This document shows, one piece after another, positions 1-9,806 of a stretch of DNA of 14,869 nucleotides; the stretch's first letter is position 1; each line of letters opens with the position of its first letter. A model generated the notes under the pieces. The model worked only from the letters and a program-made list of their open reading frames with translations, made no database searches and was not told the DNA's origin. The stretch comes from Candidatus Hydrogenedentota bacterium (lineage in GTDB: Bacteria > Hydrogenedentota > Hydrogenedentia > Hydrogenedentales > GCA-2746185). The DNA is taken from assembly GCA_046583315.1 (NCBI GenBank), contig JAYGCN010000042.1:1-14869 (forward strand), given 5' to 3'. The position numbers and the translations under genes are program-made.

Positions 1-1097
<1,097 letters not shown>

Positions 1098-1135
1098 TTA
1101 ATACAGTCCGCCCCCACACATCGCAGGCTCACCGC

Positions 1136-1144
1136 AGTGTAACA
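1136..1144 (-). promoter_or_regulatory. Putative extended -10 promoter element (TGtTACACT) for thiC
   Basis: Minus strand reads TGTTACACT about 60 nt upstream of the thiC start; motif match only. Confidence 0.35.
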
Positions 1145-1252
1145 AAATCGCTCGTAGTTTTGCAGGTTGTTGGATTGGAGATACGCTTCCTGGAATGCCG
1201 CGAAGCACCCACAGAATAGAGAAGGCACCGGGTTTTCGCGTACTTAATAACA

Positions 1253-1280
1253 TTCCTACGTAAAAGTTGTTTTACGGGAA
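1253..1280. promoter_or_regulatory. Inverted repeat, candidate operator in the divergent thiC / CFI-box gene intergenic region
   Basis: CGTAAAA(1259-1265)-gttg-TTTTACG(1270-1276) is a perfect 7-bp IR, extendable with TTCC/GGAA across a 2-nt bulge. Confidence 0.35.
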
Positions 1281-1342
1281 AGCATCGGTTAATATCACTT
1301 ACACATCAGTATTGATCTTGATTAAACACTGAGGGAACCATC

Positions 1343-3013
1343 GTGAGATACATATTGCACATTGCGCTCGTCGCCGTATTCACCGTCATTACGAGCGCAA
1401 ATTCCCAAGAACTCCCGGAGTGGACTGATCCAAAACCACTCAACACAAATGCGGAGGTCGATTCGCGATCTGACCGTGAGCAACGAGTCATTCTCGACTC
1501 CCAAGGAAATGGCGTTGCCGTATGGCCTGGTGGTACTCGTGGACAAACAGTACTGTATGCAACGTATGCCGTCGAAAGCGATTCTTGGTCCTCCCCCACG
1601 TGGATATATACGCACAACCAATCGGATATTCAAGGGGATTCCTCTGTGTCGCTTGCTACCGACAACCAAGGTACGTGGATAGCAGTTTGGACATCCCAAT
1701 ACGGTATCAACAATACCTCAGACCTATCTAATTACATATTGTATTCCTTATACGATTTCGAAAATGATGAGTGGAGTACCCCCTCGCACGTCGCTCCCGA
1801 TACGGGGAGTGTTATCGGTTATCATCATTTTCCAAACATCGTCAGCGCGGGTCAAGGGATTTGGATGGCGACCTGGACGACGCTGGACTACAACGTAGCA
1901 AACGATGAAAACATTTCTTATTCACTGTTTGACATCGACACCGGACAATGGTCAACGACCAAACCGCTCAACTCAGATACGACAACAAATCGAGGCGACG
2001 ATTCGGATATCAGGGTCGCAACAGACGGACATGGCGAATTGCTCGCTGTCTGGAGAAATTACCGGCGCTTTTTTGGGGGGGCCGAAGAATTTAAGATTAG
2101 TTACGCTACCTTTGATGCTGGACTCGATTCCTGGTCTGTCCCAAAGACTCTTGCGCAGATGAGTGGTAGGGGATTTTCGCCCGAAGTCTCTACAGACGGA
2201 CTTGGGAATTGGATATCTGTGTGGACATCCGACGAGCCAATGGATAATGTGCTTCAAGATGTTCGCTACGCAACATACGACGTACCAAACGATACGTGGA
2301 GCTCCTCGATGCCACTCAATACGGATTCGGAACTTGCCCAGAGCAGCTTTGAAGATAGGCCACACATCGCCGCCGATGACCAAGGCAACTGGATGGCAGT
2401 ATGGTCGTCAGAAAATCGTTCTGCGGAAATAGTAGACTTCGATGAAGTCATCTTGTTTTCCATGTATGATGTCCAAACCGATTCATGGACTGCGCCAAAT
2501 CCAGTGAACAACGATTTCGATGGTGATGTCGTAAGAAATCGTTCTCCGAGAGTCGCCACCGACGGAAATGGCAATTGGCTAATCAGTTGGGCGGCAATTA
2601 ATACTCGTTATTATGATGGCGACTCGGATTTATTCTATGCCAGAACGCCGAAAACCAGTTTCGGCGGTAGCGGAAGCGGAAGCGTCTGCTTCATCGCGAC
2701 GGCTGCATACGGCACTCCGCTAGCTGGCGAAATCACCGTATTGAGAGAATTTCGCGATGCGCGACTATTGAACAATGGAGTTGGCACGGCGTTCGTGGAT
2801 ACTTACTACCGCTTGAGTCCACCGCTTGCAGGCATCGTAAGTCGATACCCGGCGGTGGCCAATCTTGTACGCACGGCCTTGGCACCATTGATCGCGATTA
2901 TCTCGATTGGGTCATCAGCATTAGTATCGATTTCGCTCGGTGCCGCGTTACTTTTCGGCATGCACCTCCGACGAAGAGGCGCTTACCGATTGAAAACGAA
3001 TTCTACTCAGTGA
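1343..3013 (+). CDS. Secreted, membrane-anchored repeat protein (probable 7-bladed beta-propeller) with a C-terminal CFI-box-CTERM domain
   Basis: GTG start with RBS GAGGGA; signal peptide; seven D-x-x-G-x-W-x-x-x-W-like repeats; GGSGSGS linker, then CFIATAAYG...LREFRD...FVDTYYRLSPPLA, a TM helix and a basic RRRG tail. Confidence 0.88.
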   Translation: MRYILHIALVAVFTVITSANSQELPEWTDPKPLNTNAEVDSRSDREQRVILDSQGNGVAVWPGGTRGQTVLYATYAVESDSWSSPTWIYTHNQSDIQGDSSVSLATDNQGTWIAVWTSQYGINNTSDLSNYILYSLYDFENDEWSTPSHVAPDTGSVIGYHHFPNIVSAGQGIWMATWTTLDYNVANDENISYSLFDIDTGQWSTTKPLNSDTTTNRGDDSDIRVATDGHGELLAVWRNYRRFFGGAEEFKISYATFDAGLDSWSVPKTLAQMSGRGFSPEVSTDGLGNWISVWTSDEPMDNVLQDVRYATYDVPNDTWSSSMPLNTDSELAQSSFEDRPHIAADDQGNWMAVWSSENRSAEIVDFDEVILFSMYDVQTDSWTAPNPVNNDFDGDVVRNRSPRVATDGNGNWLISWAAINTRYYDGDSDLFYARTPKTSFGGSGSGSVCFIATAAYGTPLAGEITVLREFRDARLLNNGVGTAFVDTYYRLSPPLAGIVSRYPAVANLVRTALAPLIAIISIGSSALVSISLGAALLFGMHLRRRGAYRLKTNSTQ

Positions 3014-3605
3014 CCTCTTTCACCAGCTTAATCAATTCCTCAGTCGCATGACGTTCCTGATAGCGTTCGAGGAAGATTTTGGCAAGTATTGTGCCGTCTT
3101 CCGAGAGTATGTAGGTTCCCGGAAACGGGATGCCCGACAGATCGTTCTTGCCAAACTTCTTGCCCTCCATCGCGTCATTACGAATACCGAAGGCATCGAT
3201 GGTTTTGCTGCCTTCGTCGGAAAGCAACGGGTAACCCAGTTCATTCCGTTCCGAGAATTTCTTAAGCACTTCAATCGAGTCGTAACTGATCGCGACCACG
3301 TTGATGTCGGCTTTTTTGAGGGCTTTCGCGTCGGTGTGCAACTGGACCAGCTGCTTCTTGCAGTACGGTCACCAATTCGCCGAGCGATGGAAGACCAGCG
3401 CGGTGGTGCCGTCCTTTGCGAGCAGGGATGTTAAGGAGACCTCTTCCCCATCCTGATTTTTCAGCGTGAAGTCCGAGACTTTCTCGCCCACGGCCAGTCC
3501 GGTCATCTCATCGGGAGCAGCTTCGCCCGCCGCAGAACTCCCTGATGCTACCATAATCGCCATCCCCAGTAGTGAAAGCGTCAAAAACATTTTCAGTTTG
3601 CGCAT
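3003..3605 (-). CDS. Exported AhpC/TSA (peroxiredoxin-like, thioredoxin-fold) selenoprotein, about 200 aa, Sec encoded by TGA at 3369-3371
   Basis: ORFs 3369..3623 and 3003..3341 are in the same frame and joined across one TGA: ...VGEKVSDFTLKNQDGEEVSL...ALVFHRSANW-U-PYCKKQLVQL...VVAISYDS...YPLLSDEGSKTIDAFGI...PFPGTYIL. ATG at 3605 has RBS GAAGGA and begins a signal peptide. Confidence 0.88.
3338..3368 (-). other. Putative bacterial SECIS element just downstream of the UGA
   Basis: mRNA after UGA: CCGUACUGCAAGAA-GCAGCUG-GUC-CAGUUGC. This gives a 7-bp stem (one G-U pair) with a G-initiated apical loop 22 nt after the UGA, similar to the GGUC-capped fdhF SECIS. Confidence 0.65.
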
Positions 3606-3682
3606 CGAAGGTTTCCTTCTCACGGTTAACTTCTATTGATTGTCATGCGTCGCACCCAGCATAGACTGGAATCGCTCAATAG

Positions 3683-4507
3683 TCAAGGCGATTCAACCAC
3701 GGACACGCGTAGATTGTATAGTGAACGCTTTCCGGAGGATTTTTCTTCCACGGACAACGATAAAATTCCTTCGCTCACATCTTCGCCTTTGTATTTGGGT
3801 CGAAACGTGATCTTTTCAGCGGAAATTTCCGCTATCCACGGGCCGCCAGTGCCTGGGAAGAAACGTGGGCTTTCGGTCGAATTAGCAAATGACAAGCCCC
3901 CGGCAGGCGTGATTTCGATCAACTCGGGAGAATCCTTCTTCCAGGTCACTTTCACAAATCGACCAGGAATATCCATCGGTTTCCATACGGTCCTTTGTCG
4001 CAAAAACAGGCTCGAATCCCAGGCAACTCGGGACTGCGCATGCACAGGAATCTCCAGACTCAGCTCCGCATCCTCAGGAATACACACGCCATCATCCAGG
4101 CACAGTAGCCAGTGGACCTTTGCGCGAATCGTCAGAGTATCTCCGTCCGACATCGACTTCGGGATAGCGATCCTCGAAAAGAGCAGCACTTGATCCGTGT
4201 ATCCGAAATACGATTCATCCAGCCCCTCTATTTCAAACTGTTTCGGCACGGGCCATTGCAAATCCCCCACTTCAAGCGCGTCACCCACGGACCACTCCAC
4301 ACCCGTCGCAAGACCCGACTCCCCCGGATTGCGCCAATAAATATGCGAACGAGGCGGCAGATCAAACAGCACACCCACCTGAATCGTCACGCCCGGTTCA
4401 GCCCTCTCCACATTGGACACCAACTTGGTCGAGACGTTATTTTCTGAGTGCGCGGCCATCGAAAACATTAGTAACGCTATACAAGTTAATAAAATCGATT
4501 TGAGCAT
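3683..4507 (-). CDS. Stand-alone DsbD N-terminal-like (protein-disulfide reductase) domain protein, secreted
   Basis: HIYWRNPGESGLAT motif, WPVP, FGY and WLLC-LDDGV-CIPE cysteine pair; signal peptide from ATG at 4507 (RBS GAAGGGG). Confidence 0.82.
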   Translation of the reverse strand: MLKSILLTCIALLMFSMAAHSENNVSTKLVSNVERAEPGVTIQVGVLFDLPPRSHIYWRNPGESGLATGVEWSVGDALEVGDLQWPVPKQFEIEGLDESYFGYTDQVLLFSRIAIPKSMSDGDTLTIRAKVHWLLCLDDGVCIPEDAELSLEIPVHAQSRVAWDSSLFLRQRTVWKPMDIPGRFVKVTWKKDSPELIEITPAGGLSFANSTESPRFFPGTGGPWIAEISAEKITFRPKYKGEDVSEGILSLSVEEKSSGKRSLYNLRVSVVESP

Positions 4508-4579
4508 GTGTACCCCTTCTACCCAAAGAATAACAAATTCCAGCAGCAAAACATTTCAATGCGCCCATTACACTGAGAT

Positions 4580-5947
4580 CTATGATTCTTCAGTCACTTC
4601 AAATGCGTGCTTCACGCTGTCGTTCATGGAGATGCCGTGGTAGGAGTTTCCGGTGAAGCGCAGGCCGGGGTGTTCGGATTCGGTGGCGGCAATGACATCA
4701 AGTACTTCGCCGTGGTTAAGGCCGAATTGGGGAATGCCGCGCGGGTGGCGATAAATTTTAACAAATTCGGGATCTGTCAGCATGCCCAGCGTAAAGAATA
4801 CTTCCTTGTGCATGATTTTCAGCAGTTCGTCATCGGATTGATCGACGTACTCCGGATGAATCGCGCCACCAACCATCGTGCGCAAATACACCCTGCCGTC
4901 CGGCGCGAAATCATCATAAAGCGAACTGGTCCAGATGCACCCCAACACGTCGCGTTTCTGATTCGGCGGCACGAGATAGCCGAAGCCTTCCAGGTCATGC
5001 CCGACTTCTTTCCTGTCGTGGCCAGTGCAGATCACGGCGATGGGTTCGTTGCGGATCGTTGCGACTGCCTTTGATAGGTCCGGCGCAAATTCACTGAACA
5101 GGTCAACCGAAGCGTGAGCGGGCAACGCGCACACGAGCGAATCGGTTGTATACCGCTGCGAATCCGTTTCGATTGCAAATGTACCGTCCCCGTTTTTGGA
5201 TATACTTTTCACGGTCGTGTCTAATTTAAGACTCGACGCAATGACTTCAGCCGCGCGCTCCGTCAGGCGACCTATTCCCGTCTTGAAGGTCGTCAGCGTA
5301 CCCCCCGGACCCGCAGGTCCTCCCCCATTTCGCCCTTCTTTAGCCTTGGCCCGCATCGCTTTGATGAGGCTGCCGTATTCCCGTTCCATCTCGGCCATGC
5401 GTGGAAAACAATGGGTCAACGAAAGTTTTTTGGCATCGCCGCCGTATACGCCGAGCACCATCGCCGAGACCAACGTGTCCGCCGCTTCGGGACCTATCCG
5501 GCGTGCCGCGAAATCCCAGATGCTCTCCGGTGCCTCGTCTGTACGCTTCCGAATAAGGGGTTCCTTCAGCAATCGCATGCGCCCTTTTAGCGACAGCACC
5601 GGACTCGACAAGAAAGCAGGAGGCGGCTTGATCTCTTGTAACTTTCCGTTTAGCAGAAGAAATCGACGTGCCGATGCTTCGTTCGCGCGTATCAGCTCGC
5701 CCGAGATGCCCAGCGACTCGATCCACTCGAGCATGCGGGGTTCTTTATCCAGAAATCCGTTCGGCCCCTCGTCGCAGATATACCCGTCGATATTTTCCGA
5801 CTGAATGTAGCCGCCGGCCCGCGAAGCTTTTTCCAGACACACGACCGCGTCCGCGCCATGCTGCTCCATCAAACGGTGCGTGCAACACAGCCCCGAAACG
5901 CCTGCGCCGATAACGATCGTTTTTTTATGAATAGGGCTTTCACTCAT
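4580..5947 (-). CDS. hemG: Protoporphyrinogen/coproporphyrinogen oxidase (HemY/HemG type, FAD-dependent)
   Basis: VIGAGVSGL Rossmann motif, DEGPNGFLD, RRIGPEAADTLV, GVYGGD, GFGYLVP, GIPQF, TGNSYHGISMNDSV. Confidence 0.93.
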   Translation of the reverse strand: MSESPIHKKTIVIGAGVSGLCCTHRLMEQHGADAVVCLEKASRAGGYIQSENIDGYICDEGPNGFLDKEPRMLEWIESLGISGELIRANEASARRFLLLNGKLQEIKPPPAFLSSPVLSLKGRMRLLKEPLIRKRTDEAPESIWDFAARRIGPEAADTLVSAMVLGVYGGDAKKLSLTHCFPRMAEMEREYGSLIKAMRAKAKEGRNGGGPAGPGGTLTTFKTGIGRLTERAAEVIASSLKLDTTVKSISKNGDGTFAIETDSQRYTTDSLVCALPAHASVDLFSEFAPDLSKAVATIRNEPIAVICTGHDRKEVGHDLEGFGYLVPPNQKRDVLGCIWTSSLYDDFAPDGRVYLRTMVGGAIHPEYVDQSDDELLKIMHKEVFFTLGMLTDPEFVKIYRHPRGIPQFGLNHGEVLDVIAATESEHPGLRFTGNSYHGISMNDSVKHAFEVTEES

Positions 5948-5963
5948 GCAGAATTAAACCCGC

Positions 5964-7400
5964 CTATCGATGTCTCGGTTCTTCCATGCGATCTTTCTTC
6001 GAAGCCTTCTTCCATTTATGGTTCACGACGTCCGGGACGACCTTGGTACCCGTGGAAAATTTGAACGGCACGGTCAGGCCGCTTGGATAACTCATCTCGA
6101 TGTAATACGCCGTGAATCCACTTGCCGGCGGATCCAGTTTCACAACGTACTTGCCCGGTTCCACTTCCTCCAGCGGCGTACTCTGATACGCGGGCCCGAT
6201 GATGTCCTTCATGAAATTCCGGTTCTCCGGATTGTGCGCCTGCCACAACAATACTTCGGTCGGCTCATCCAGACTCAGCACCGTAATCGTGCCGTCCTCA
6301 GCCACATCCCAGGAATAACGCGGCATCTTCACATTGTGCACGATCGCGTGATACCAGGCATCCACGCTCTCCAAAACGTCCGTGCCGCCCATGCCATGAT
6401 CCGCGTTCGGCACATAGCGCACATGTTTTTCGCCCACGAGATCATCCCAATAAAATTTCCAGGAATCCGGAATGAAAAATTGGTCGCCTGTTGAGTTCAA
6501 CAAGAATTTTGGAAGTTTCAGGCGATCGCGATACTCGTAGGGTTCAACGATATCCAACAAGGCGTCATACTCCGGCGTTCCCATCCATTTCATGATACCC
6601 ATCGCCGTGTAATCGCCGACGGCATTCGCATAACGCCCATAAACCTGATAATGATGCTTGAAGGATTCGACTACGTTGAGCATATCAATCACAATCGGCA
6701 TGATCGCAACCACACGGTCATCCACCACGGCCGTCGTCCACGTCGTCCAACCGCGTTTCGATCCACCCGCGACCACGAACTGACTCACGTCGATGCTACC
6801 GCCCACCTCCGAGGCCATCAGATCGGTCACAGTATCCATCGCACGCACCGCCGCCTTGGTCATCGGCAGGCGCAAAGGCCATTTCTCGTCCCCTGTGCGC
6901 AGATACTTGTCCCAGGTATACGCAATGATCGCGTCTTCGGTACGCGTGCGCGTTTCGTCCCCGACAAATATCAGCGGTTCACTCGGAATTTGATACAGAG
7001 TCGTCACAACCGTCTGACTCGACAGCGCGCGCGCAACATCGGTTTCCCCGGGACCACCCGGTGCATCACGTTCGTTGCCCCCACCCGAAATATACAAAAA
7101 TCCGATATCGCTGGCGACCGTATCCGGACGAATCACGACCATCCAATGTTTCCAAATGGGTTTGTTGACTTCCTTCTCCGTCAGCCACTTCTGCGAGGTC
7201 ATATCGACAATGAACGTCGTGTAGCCATCGCCATCAATCGTATTCACGATCTCATATCTATAGTGATCATCCGGCTCCGCCACATAGCGGTCCAGGGCCG
7301 TGCGCTGGAGTCCGGCTGCCTCGGCAAAAACAGTACCCTGCAACGCGATCGCCACCATCAGCGTCAAGCCACCCGTCACTTTGAATAGTCGTGCAAACAT
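5964..7400 (-). CDS. PqaA / PhoPQ-activated pathogenicity-related family protein (secreted alpha/beta hydrolase)
   Basis: TALDRYV, MTSQKWL, WKHW, EDAIIAYTW, LPMTKAAVRAMD, GGSKRGWTTW nucleophile motif, GDQFFIPD, PNADH. ATG at 7400 with RBS GGAGG and a signal peptide. Confidence 0.9.
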   Translation of the reverse strand: MFARLFKVTGGLTLMVAIALQGTVFAEAAGLQRTALDRYVAEPDDHYRYEIVNTIDGDGYTTFIVDMTSQKWLTEKEVNKPIWKHWMVVIRPDTVASDIGFLYISGGGNERDAPGGPGETDVARALSSQTVVTTLYQIPSEPLIFVGDETRTRTEDAIIAYTWDKYLRTGDEKWPLRLPMTKAAVRAMDTVTDLMASEVGGSIDVSQFVVAGGSKRGWTTWTTAVVDDRVVAIMPIVIDMLNVVESFKHHYQVYGRYANAVGDYTAMGIMKWMGTPEYDALLDIVEPYEYRDRLKLPKFLLNSTGDQFFIPDSWKFYWDDLVGEKHVRYVPNADHGMGGTDVLESVDAWYHAIVHNVKMPRYSWDVAEDGTITVLSLDEPTEVLLWQAHNPENRNFMKDIIGPAYQSTPLEEVEPGKYVVKLDPPASGFTAYYIEMSYPSGLTVPFKFSTGTKVVPDVVNHKWKKASKKDRMEEPRHR

Positions 7401-7500
7401 TAAGGTAACCTCCACCGTGATTCTCGTTGACAAATTGAGTAGAATCTAACGCTGTACTCTATCGAATCAACACGTAAAACATCAATACAGGAAGCCATTC

Positions 7501-9051
7501 ATGACTGGAGCTGAAAGTTTACTGCAATCCGCCCTAAAATCCGGCGTCGCCACTTGTTTCGCCAATCCCGGAACCACCGAGATGGATTTCGTCAAAGCAC
7601 TCGATAATACCCCCGAGGTCAAAACCGTGCTCGCTCTTTTCGAAGGCGTCTGCACGGGAATGGCCGACGGATTCGGTCGCATGACCGATGCCCCCGCCAT
7701 GACCCTGCTGCATCTCGGCGTAGGACTCGGCAACGGCATCGCGAATCTCCACAATGCACGCCGCGCACAATCCCCCGTCGTCAATCTCGTCGGCGATCAC
7801 CCCGTCGATCATGTTAAATACGATGCGCCGCTCACCTCCGACATCGCGACCATGGCCGCGCCCGTGTCGAACGTCGTACACACTTCAGAATCCGCAGATA
7901 CCGTAGGGGAGGACATCTCCCGCCTCATTTCGCAGGCCTCCACTATGCCCGGCAACGTGACTACGCTCATCACACCTGCCGACACCATGCGCGACGAGAC
8001 CACGGTGGTTCACGAACCGACTCCGATTCCCGATGCACCTGCCCTGGACAGTGACGTGCTCAAGAACGCGCTGGGTGCTCTCGAAAATCCCGGTGCCACC
8101 ACCGCCATCATCATCAACGGTCGCGCACTGCGTAAAGAAGGCCTCGAAATCGCCAGCCGTATCGAACAGAAAACGGGCTGCACCATTTTCTCCTCCTGTT
8201 TTCCTGCGCGTATGGATCGCGGTGCTGGGATACCCGCAATAAAACGTCTCCCCTACTTCCCCGAAATGGTGCAGGAACGCATCGCGCCTTTCAACACCCT
8301 CATCCTCATCGGTGCCTACACCCACCCGGTTTCCTTTTTCAAATACGAAGGCATCCCCAGCGACCTCGTGCACGAAGGGTGCGCCGTCATCAATCTCGCG
8401 CAACGTGAACACGACACCGTCGACGCGCTACGTTCACTCGAGGAAGGCTGCAACGCCGCTTCACTCACTCCCATCTGCCAGGAACTACTGATCCCCGATG
8501 CACCGACAGGATCGATCAACCGAAAATCGATCGGCCCCGCCATTGCCCGAGCACTACCCGAAAACGCCATCATCTCCGACACCTCCGGCTCCAGCGGCGC
8601 GCCCATCTATTACAATACCCAATCCGCCCATCCGCACAGTTCACTCTTTCTCACCGGTGGCGGCATCGGAATGGGACCGCCCGTCGCGGCTGGAGCTGCC
8701 GTCGCCTGTCCCGATCGCCCCGTGATCGCGCTGCAAAGCGACGGCGGTGGACTCTATACCGTACAAGCGCTCTGGACTCAGGCCCGCGAAAGCCTCAACG
8801 TCACAACAATAATCTTCGCCAATCGGAAATATCAGATCCTTCAAACCGAACTCGCCCGCGCAGGCATCGAGAATCCCGGCCCCGTCGCTACCTCCCTCAC
8901 CGACCTCTCCAATCCGGACATCAGCTGGTGTAAACTGGCCGAAGGCTTCGGTGTACCCGCCTACCAACCTCAAAATATTGAGGAATTCCAGAAAAACTTG
9001 ACGAATTCAATCAATAATCAGGGTCCGCACTTGATCGAGTTGATCATTTAG
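7501..9051 (+). CDS. Thiamine-diphosphate-dependent enzyme, acetolactate synthase large subunit-like / benzoylformate decarboxylase-like family
   Basis: CFANPGTTEM, LFEGVCTGMADG, LLHLGVGLGNGIANLHNARRA, ThDP-binding SDGG...FANRKY motif. Confidence 0.9.
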   Translation: MTGAESLLQSALKSGVATCFANPGTTEMDFVKALDNTPEVKTVLALFEGVCTGMADGFGRMTDAPAMTLLHLGVGLGNGIANLHNARRAQSPVVNLVGDHPVDHVKYDAPLTSDIATMAAPVSNVVHTSESADTVGEDISRLISQASTMPGNVTTLITPADTMRDETTVVHEPTPIPDAPALDSDVLKNALGALENPGATTAIIINGRALRKEGLEIASRIEQKTGCTIFSSCFPARMDRGAGIPAIKRLPYFPEMVQERIAPFNTLILIGAYTHPVSFFKYEGIPSDLVHEGCAVINLAQREHDTVDALRSLEEGCNAASLTPICQELLIPDAPTGSINRKSIGPAIARALPENAIISDTSGSSGAPIYYNTQSAHPHSSLFLTGGGIGMGPPVAAGAAVACPDRPVIALQSDGGGLYTVQALWTQARESLNVTTIIFANRKYQILQTELARAGIENPGPVATSLTDLSNPDISWCKLAEGFGVPAYQPQNIEEFQKNLTNSINNQGPHLIELII

Positions 9052-9058
9052 GGTATTA

Positions 9059-9087
9059 ATAGTGTCAACACTTTGTATTGACACTAT
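9059..9087. promoter_or_regulatory. Perfect 10-bp inverted repeat between the ThDP enzyme and GNAT genes (operator or hairpin)
   Basis: ATAGTGTCAA(9059-9068)-cactttgta-TTGACACTAT(9078-9087). Confidence 0.55.
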
Positions 9088-9100
9088 AGAGAGAGACGAT

Positions 9101-9700
9101 ATGCCCGGTCGATTCACTCCTCAACCGATTACGCTGGAGGGTCCGCGCGTCACATTGGTTCCACTGTCTCTCGACCATGCCATTGACCTCGCCGACACGC
9201 TCGGCCACCCCAACATCTTTCACTACATGCCCTGCAAAGCGCCCGAAGGCATCGATGACATGCGCGCCATCATCCGGGGTGCACTCGACCAGGCCAAAGC
9301 CGTCGGCGATATGCCCTTCGCCATCATTCACGCCGAGGACGGAAAAGCGGTCGGCTCCACACGCTTCATCGATGTGCAACGCCCCCACCGCGGACTCGAA
9401 ATCGGCTGGACTTGGGTCGGCCTCGAATACCAACGCACCTTCGTCAACACCGAATGCAAATACCTACTACTGAAACACGCCTTCGACGACCTCGGTGCAC
9501 TCCGCGTGCAACTCAAAACCGACAGTCGAAACGAAAATTCCCAAAAAGCCATTCTACGCATCGGTGCCAAAAAAGAAGGCGTCCTGCGCAACCACATGCT
9601 CATGTGGGACGGCCACATCCGCCACACCGCCATGTTCTCCATCATCCACAAAGAATGGAAAAACGACGTCGGCCCCGCCATGAATCTGCGACTACTATAA
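9101..9700 (+). CDS. GNAT family N-acetyltransferase (RimJ/RimL-like)
   Basis: PITLEGPRVTLVPL, VGSTRF, LEIGWTW, VNTECKYLLLKHAF, RVQLKTDSRNENSQKAILRIGAKKEGVLRNH, RHTAMFSI. ATG at 9101 preferred over GTG at 9062. Confidence 0.93.
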   Translation: MPGRFTPQPITLEGPRVTLVPLSLDHAIDLADTLGHPNIFHYMPCKAPEGIDDMRAIIRGALDQAKAVGDMPFAIIHAEDGKAVGSTRFIDVQRPHRGLEIGWTWVGLEYQRTFVNTECKYLLLKHAFDDLGALRVQLKTDSRNENSQKAILRIGAKKEGVLRNHMLMWDGHIRHTAMFSIIHKEWKNDVGPAMNLRLL

Positions 9701-9728
9701 GCCAAACTTTCCCCACGGTTTTATCCAT

Positions 9729-9806
9729 CACGAAGACACGAAGAGCCACAAAGGACGAAACCGAAAACCGCTTTTCATCCGCAGATTACGCCGATTCACG
9801 CAGATT
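9729..9806 (+). repeat. Left modular short-period repeat cassette
   Basis: CACGAAGA-CACGAAGA-gc-CACAAAGG (9729-9754), linker ACGAAACCGAAAACCGC (9755-9771), then ATCCGCAGATTACGCCGATTCACGCAGATT (9777-9806). Confidence 0.8.

Noticed and set aside
3369..3371. TGA as a nonsense mutation (pseudogene) or as Trp/Gly recoding
   Set aside because: It falls on the catalytic Cys column, both halves are intact and a SECIS-like hairpin follows. TGA is an ordinary stop in neighbouring genes.
3624..3685. Readthrough fusion of the DsbD-N gene (TGA stop) into the redoxin
   Set aside because: The frames differ and an in-frame TAA follows within about 19 codons.
7501..9051. Functional link between the ThDP enzyme and thiC; calling the gene ilvB
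   Set aside because: They are over 6 kb apart with unrelated genes between. There is no ilvN/ilvC nearby and the FANPGTTEM subfamily is not canonical AHAS.
9708..9730. DnaA-box-like words (TTCCCCAC, TTATCCATC)
   Set aside because: Mismatched to TTATCCACA, only two copies, and no oriC context.
9729..9806. CRISPR array or tRNA interpretation of the periodic repeats
   Set aside because: Units are 8-10 nt without unique 30-40 nt spacers; no cas genes and no cloverleaf.
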